DNA from: Paraspadella gotoi
Lineage: Eukaryota; Animalia; Chaetognatha
DNA: 12,975 bases
Direction: 5' to 3'
NCBI GenBank assembly: GCA_051294375.1
Contig: JBJCIZ010001005.1
Location: 1-12,975, forward strand
This document shows positions 8,001 through 12,975 of the stretch, one piece after another. Positions within the stretch are counted from its first letter, which is position 1. Every line of letters begins with the position of its first letter. A program made the translations under genes and the position numbers. The notes beneath the pieces are model-generated. The model was not told the origin of the DNA. It ran no database searches and worked only from the letters and a program-made list of their open reading frames with translations.

Positions 8001-8759
8001 ATAACACCAGAATTACTTTTTGCTAGGAGTCCTAATCTAAAAACACCTCGCTCCTAGAAGTTAAGAGATTTTTTTCAACGGAGATTTTCTTTCGAATTTG
8101 ACTACTACTTTATAACGCCCCTGGGGAAATTACGGTAAAAAATAGATGTAACGCTCGATTCCCAACATGTTGCCGTCCTGAAGAGCTCACATTTTTTTCT
8201 CTTTACAAAATCATTTAACATTTTGATATCAAACAAGCCAGGATAAATAGACTGCTTCTGTAGCGGGAAATTATTCCATCTCTGATTTTATATAGAAATG
8301 AAAGGATTTTTTCCTTGAAAAATGATATAAACGTGACAGGTATGTTCTGTTCAACAAATGACGTCTAATTCCAATAATCCTCTGGCGAGGTGTCTGAAGG
8401 TTCTCTCAAAATTTTTTCTTTATATTTTATGTGCTTATTTTTTAATATGATGGTGGGATATCAAGTGGAATTAGTCGTTTTTGGTAAATGTTTATTTTTA
8501 CTAAAAGTAAAAGAGGAGCTAACGTTGGAAATTTTTAAGTGTTTTTCAACCGGTAAGTTCAGATTCAGGAAAAATCCTTTATGGTGAAATCTTCCTATAA
8601 AAGGGGTTGATTTTCTAAATATTTTGAATTAATAATTTTCTATATTCATGTCTAGATTTTTTTTAAATACTTACAATAGCAATATTGCCAGTCATTCTAC
8701 ATTGCCGGTAAAAGAATATATTAAAAAAACCTCTTGGTAATATTTTTAAATCAAGTAGT

Positions 8760-8940
8760 TTTTTTAAAAAACTAATTCAGAAATCTAATTTTAAAAATAT
8801 AATTTGTGTTAATTTCCTTTCGATTTTGGTTGTTTTTGTAGATTTAGAGAAAACAAAGTTTTATTTTGTTTATTTACAACGATTTTTTATTTCACATAGG
8901 GACATGTTTCGGCTTATGTATAAGCCTTCATCAGCGTTTG
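8760..8940 (-). mobile_element. Penelope-like element terminal-repeat (pLTR) fragment
   Basis: A hammerhead is followed on the minus strand by AATAAA-rich sequence. Homologous to 6288-6448: TTGTTTTCTC-TAAAT vs TTGTTTTCTCCTAAAT, AATCGTT vs ATTCGTT, TCTGAAT, AGTTTTTAAAAAA. Confidence 0.72.
8895..8940 (-). ncRNA. Minimal type I hammerhead ribozyme (PLE-type)
   Basis: The minus strand reads CAAACG-CUGAUGA-A-GGCUUAU-AC-AUAAGCC-GAAA-CAUG-UC-CCUAUG. Both core boxes are intact, stem II is a perfect 7-bp IR, stem III is the palindrome ACAUGU, and the triplet is GUC (predicted cut between 8901 and 8900). Stem I has only 4 of 6 pairs. Confidence 0.85.
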
Positions 8941-8969
8941 ACTAATCAGACATTCTCTTAATATTGAGT

Positions 8970-9258
8970 CTCAGAGAGGAGAGGAGAGAGAGACAGAAGA
9001 AAGAGAGCGAGAGAAAAGCTCAACAAGGGTTGAGAAAAGGACAGTGGTCAGATTTGAGGACAGGTGAAGGTAGGGAGAGAGAAAGAAAGAAGAAAGTAAA
9101 TTTAAGAATTTTTGTTTGGAGATTTGTATTCTTTCGTTTGCTTCTAAGTATTCTTTCCCTTTATATTCTAACCATCTTTCCGTTCCCCGCTTTCCTCGCA
9201 CGGTTTTCAACAAATTCTTTTCTTTCTTCTCTCTCTTCTTTTTTTTTTTTTTTTTTTT
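8970..9258. repeat. GA-rich tract (8970-9097) followed by CT-rich tract (9130-9237) and poly-T (9238-9258)
   Basis: Base composition read directly. Confidence 0.88.
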
Positions 9259-9531
9259 AGTCGGATCTGCTTATCAGCCAGAGATCCCGTCTATTACTTC
9301 ACTATGGTCGGTCCGTCGGTCTCCCCAAAGCTTGTCGGCATTCACTTAAATGCATTACTGTAATTATGCAAAAAATGTCCGTCGGTCCGTCTGTCCGCCG
9401 ACCTTAGAAAACTTCAATAGCTCGTGATTGATAGTTTGGATTGGAGTGAATTTTGTGTGTGGAATGGAAAACTGTGTGATTGAGCGGGATTAAAATTTAA
9501 TGGAATCGTCCGCGTGGAAATGAGTTTTAAA

Positions 9532-11049
9532 TAGAGAATGAGCATCGTTCGAATCGAAGCTCCGATGCAAGATTCCTTTATATTTCACTTCTTTATTCAA
9601 ACTGCATAGTCACGGCCAAAAAAAATTATATCAATATGGGCAGATTTTCGAAAGCTTGGCGTCCTTGGGAAGCCAATGGAGGTAGAGCCGCGAATCCGAT
9701 AATCCCAATTTTTATCATGCCCAACAAATGGTATTTTAAATAGACTGGTCAGGTCGTTTTTTCCAAATATTCCAAGAAAACGCCCTGGCCTGCTTTGAGT
9801 AAAAAAGACCAAATCTCTTACATTATTAGACAGTTTCCGAAACCTTATTGTTCTTTCTACATGATGAAAAAAGCAAAAATTAAAAAATTGCTTGCAATTT
9901 AATTGCTTGATAAAAGCCAATCAAATGAACTGGTTTTTTTTAGGTGAAACTGCATATTCAAGCCTTCATTTTTTTCAATTTTTGACACAATTGACAGACA
10001 ACTGTATTGATTTACTATTCAATCAGGTTAGAGCGCGGGCTTATTCAAAAAGGCGTTTTGCTCAATATAATGCAAAATTTTAAAAAAAAGTCCAATAAGA
10101 ACTCATTAAAAAACAAAAATCGTCGCACGTGTTGCGCTTATGATCCAATGCTAGGAAAATATTTTAAATTTTTTATATTATTATATAATATAATAAAAAT
10201 ATTTATATAATATAATTATAGTTTTAAAAAATACATTTTTTTTATTCAATCTGAGAAAGGTAGTACTATATATTTATATTAATAATTGTTATAAAAAAAT
10301 ATATTTTACAATAAAATTAAACTAATTTTTTTAAAATGCAAGTTTTTTTATCATGGTATAATTAAATCATAGATTAAATAAAAATTTTAATTTAATAAAT
10401 ATAATAATCATATTAAATATATAATTTAAATTTTTAATTTATTGAAATTTTATTAATAAATAATAATAATAATAATAAATAATAAAAATAATAATAATAA
10501 ATAAAATAAAAGTATTATTTTATTTTATTTTTTTAATTATATTATTATTTTATTATTATTATTATTTTTATTATTATTATTATTTTATTATTATTTATAA
10601 ATCTGATAAATATATATTTTATTTATAAAATTAATTTATTTATTTATTTAAAATTATAAAAAAATTATCTTTTAATTATTTTATATTGCAAATAAATTTT
10701 TAAAAATTATTTTTATAATTTCATATATAATAAAAAATTATTTTTTAAAACTAAACGGTTCTTTTCTGAAAAATTCAGTCCCAGGATCTCATTGTGCGCT
10801 CGGTTCTAAGCTTTAGTACTACGCATAGTACTCGATCTTTTGTTGGTCAAAACGAGCTCGATTTTAAAGGAAAGTTGATCGGTTTGGAAGAGCGATTTTG
10901 CCGATTGCTTTTTGGCGATTACTTTGAACGGATTGTCGATTTAAATGGAAAATGAAAATATGCATGTAGATAATGTTTTGCAATTGTCCTATCGAACGCT
11001 ACAATTTGAATTAACAATGAGTTGTTTAGGAAACGATGCTCATACCCCA
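9532..11049. mobile_element. Non-autonomous hAT-like DNA transposon nested in HINE copy B
   Basis: 18-bp TIRs TAGAGAATGAGCATCGTT (9532-9549) and AACGATGCTCATACCCCA (11032-11049) match 15/18. The 8-bp flanks GTTTTAAA (9524-9531) and GTTTAAGA (11050-11057) match 6/8. Removing the element restores the host repeat. CGAT(T) motifs cluster at 10830-11000. Confidence 0.75.
10219..10753. repeat. Extremely AT-rich degenerate palindrome with an (AAT)n/(ATT)n core
   Basis: AAT repeats (~10455-10500) face ATT repeats (~10515-10595). A perfect 15-bp IR lies at 10219-10233 / 10739-10753, with weaker inverted similarity between ~10296-10332 and ~10658-10702. Confidence 0.5.
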
Positions 11050-12725
11050 GTTTAAGATGGAAAAATCATACAGTCACGTTTACTGAATTTTTGTTTTAAT
11101 AATTATTAAAATTAATCCTAATTGGATAGATGGATTGTGATGAAATTTTGTGTGTGTAAAGGAAAGTAAGTGCTTGAACTAAATATAAAAGTTTTGATGG
11201 AATGTGCGAGTGGAATGAGCTTAAATGGAAAAAAATAATGTCACTTTTTATTTGAATTTTTTTAAATTTCAAGTTTGTTCTCTCTCTCACTAGTCATAGC
11301 GGATTGAATTTAAATGCAAATGTATAACAGCGTTGAATAATCACTATCATGAGCATAGATTATTGTATTAAAACATTTTTTGTCGAAAAGGCTTTCCTTC
11401 TTGAGGGTACTCGGCCTAATTAAAATTAATATTTACTATATAATTTTTTTTTTAAAACTCTTTAAATTTTTTGAATAGATTCGATGAGCATAGTTCAACT
11501 AGAAATATAATTAAGCAGGCTTAAAAAAAATTCTTATGTTTTCTTCAAGTGAAATTTTAAAACACTAATAAAATGCATCGAAAGATAATAATGATGACGA
11601 TGATTTTTTTTATGTTTTTCTTTTTTTAACATACTTATCATAGAAATATTTAAAAAAGAATTATATTTTGTGTAGACAACTTTTTATAAGCTATGTGACA
11701 TCTGGTCTTAAATTAAAAATTTATTAAAAAAAATTTTGGCCTTTCTTATTGATAAATAAATATTAAAAATATAATCACTAGGGTATAGAGCCATATAAAA
11801 CAATTTTGTCCATTGAAAATATACTTAAAAATGTATAAATTTTTTTGTTTGAGCATGTACTAACTCTAATTATTGACTCACCCCATTGAGTGCGGCTACC
11901 CTACTCTCAATGAGATAAATGATGGATTGGCTGATTAATTAGTTGTTTGAATGATTAATTGATAGATTTTCATTACTTTAATTAGATATGTCGCTTCGCG
12001 AAGAAAAAAAATTCGAGCGATCGAAATTTTTTTCGGCTTTTTTGGTTCATGTCGAAAGTTGCACCAGTAGCGCTTTAAATACTTGAAAAGTACAAATGGT
12101 TTTCGATAGTACATGCTTTTTAGTATCTAAAGTCGGTGGAACAACATAAATCCATAAATGGTTTGGTAGTATTTAAAGCCATTTAAAACGATTACTCCGC
12201 GAGCGGTTTTCCTTTGATTTGTCTCTTTTTCGTACTTTACTGTAAATCCTAAGGAATACTTTTAATTTATTACAAGTTTCCTACTCTAAGACAATCATTG
12301 AACTCATTTCTAATGAAAAAAAGACTATAAATAATGGTCCTGGTACAATTTTGAGCACTTTAAAACCGGTCCTCTACTCGAAAATGTCCGTTCATTGCTA
12401 TATTTTACAATATTTGCACCTGATCCCAACAAATAAATTAAAAAGTGTTATTAGTATTTGAACCTCTAACGTCCTAGGTATCTTCCTTTGCGGGAACAAA
12501 GAAAATTGGTAAAGGTCTTGATATGAAACAAAGCCAGTAAAACATAATACTACATTTAAGAATTTATGTCAAGTTTAACTGTCCCTCGTCTAGCGCTGAT
12601 ACTAAAAAGAGAACTCGTCACAATACATATATTTAGTTTAGTGTCTTGCCAAGCGGCCAAGCTATTTCACTTGTTAAAATTATCTCATTAAAAAGTCCTA
12701 AACCAACTTTTAGTAGAGGCTTTAA

Positions 12726-12783
12726 TTTGCACCTGAAGACGACATTAACTTACCATTATTATTTGAAATCCGGATAGTTCAGA
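12726..12783 (+). ncRNA. Possible degenerate hammerhead ribozyme
   Basis: UUUGCAC-CUGAAGA-(25 nt)-GAA-AUCCGGAU-A-GUUCAGA. Both core boxes are present, stem III is palindromic, and stem I has 6 of 7 pairs including one G-U. Stem II pairs poorly. Confidence 0.3.
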
Positions 12784-12861
12784 GTCTGAACTTTCCAAAT
12801 CTGGGGGAACAAAGGCGTAGTTTTCGTGGTTTCATCGTGAAATTTATTATTTAATAGAGCT

Positions 12862-12918
12862 GGTTTCGCTGTTTTCGCTGTTTTCGCTACTCGTCGCTCC
12901 TCGTCGCTACTAGTCGCT
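12862..12918. repeat. TCGCT-containing tandem repeat: three 9-bp units then three 10-bp units
   Basis: GGTTTCGCT, GTTTTCGCT, GTTTTCGCT, ACTCGTCGCT, CCTCGTCGCT, ACTAGTCGCT. Confidence 0.9.
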
Positions 12919-12975
12919 TTCAAAATTTTTCCACCGCCTAATCATCTAATGCGTGATCAGGTCCTCGTTCAAAAC

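Larger units (their letters stand above)
9259..11502 (+). mobile_element. HINE/DINE-1-like element, copy B, interrupted by a nested insertion
   Basis: Starts after a T run with AGTCGGATCTGC (9259-9270) and a degenerate IR partner at ~9277-9292. GTCC-like microsatellite at 9377-9398. The central repeat runs to 9531 and resumes at 11050-11265. TTACTATATAA at 11433 matches 1078. The degenerate 3' end ATAGATTCGAT (11475-11485) has four transitions from GCAGATCCGAC and is followed by a GAGC-ATA-GTTC stem-loop and CTAG (11499-11502). The 3' boundary is less certain than the 5' one. Confidence 0.7.

Noticed and set aside
7606-8057. ORFs 7606-8004 (+), 7783-8007 (-) and 7866-8057 (+)
   Set aside because: L/S/F- or K/R/E-rich translations of CT-rich low-complexity DNA, which lacks stop codons by composition.
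8165-8200. AACATGTT...CTGAAGAGCTC as another hammerhead
   Set aside because: No closing stem II strand and no GAAA box downstream.
8964-9349. ORFs 8964-9260, 8971-9213 and 9116-9349
   Set aside because: Translations of GA/CT tracts, poly-T and the HINE 5' end; not protein-like.
9597-10210. ORFs 9597-9920, 9892-10083 and 10007-10210 as a possible transposase
   Set aside because: No DDE, BED-finger or hAT dimerisation motifs; short; inside a non-autonomous element.
10815-10832. Hairpin AGTACTA-CGCA-TAGTACT as a Helitron 3' end or terminator
   Set aside because: No CTRR terminus at the expected distance; intrinsic terminators are irrelevant in this context.
11983-11990. TAGATATG as a hAT left terminus
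   Set aside because: No matching right terminus with an 8-bp duplication found in the window.

Overview
AT-rich, apparently non-genic eukaryotic DNA, probably arthropod (inferred from composition and repeat types). No prokaryotic features and no confidently assignable host gene. Most of the window is nested transposable-element debris. (i) Two Helentron-associated (DINE-1/HINE-like) elements, at ~382-1429 and ~9259-11502, with GTCGGATCTGC/GCAGATCCGAC subterminal inverted repeats, a GTCC microsatellite and ~180-190 bp central tandem repeats. (ii) A hAT-like non-autonomous element (9532-11049, imperfect 8-bp TSD) inserted into the second of these. (iii) A 1.7-kb TA-flanked foldback element (5349-7061). 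(iv) A family of Penelope-like (PLE) terminal-repeat sequences carrying minimal hammerhead ribozymes. One copy has a complete catalytic core (8895-8940, minus strand). A head-to-head pair at 6134-6448 sits inside the foldback element, and its inversion junction cuts through the ribozyme core. (v) A probable decayed PLE GIY-YIG endonuclease fragment (3190-3595). All alignments were done by eye; family assignments rest on structural hallmarks, not database searches.
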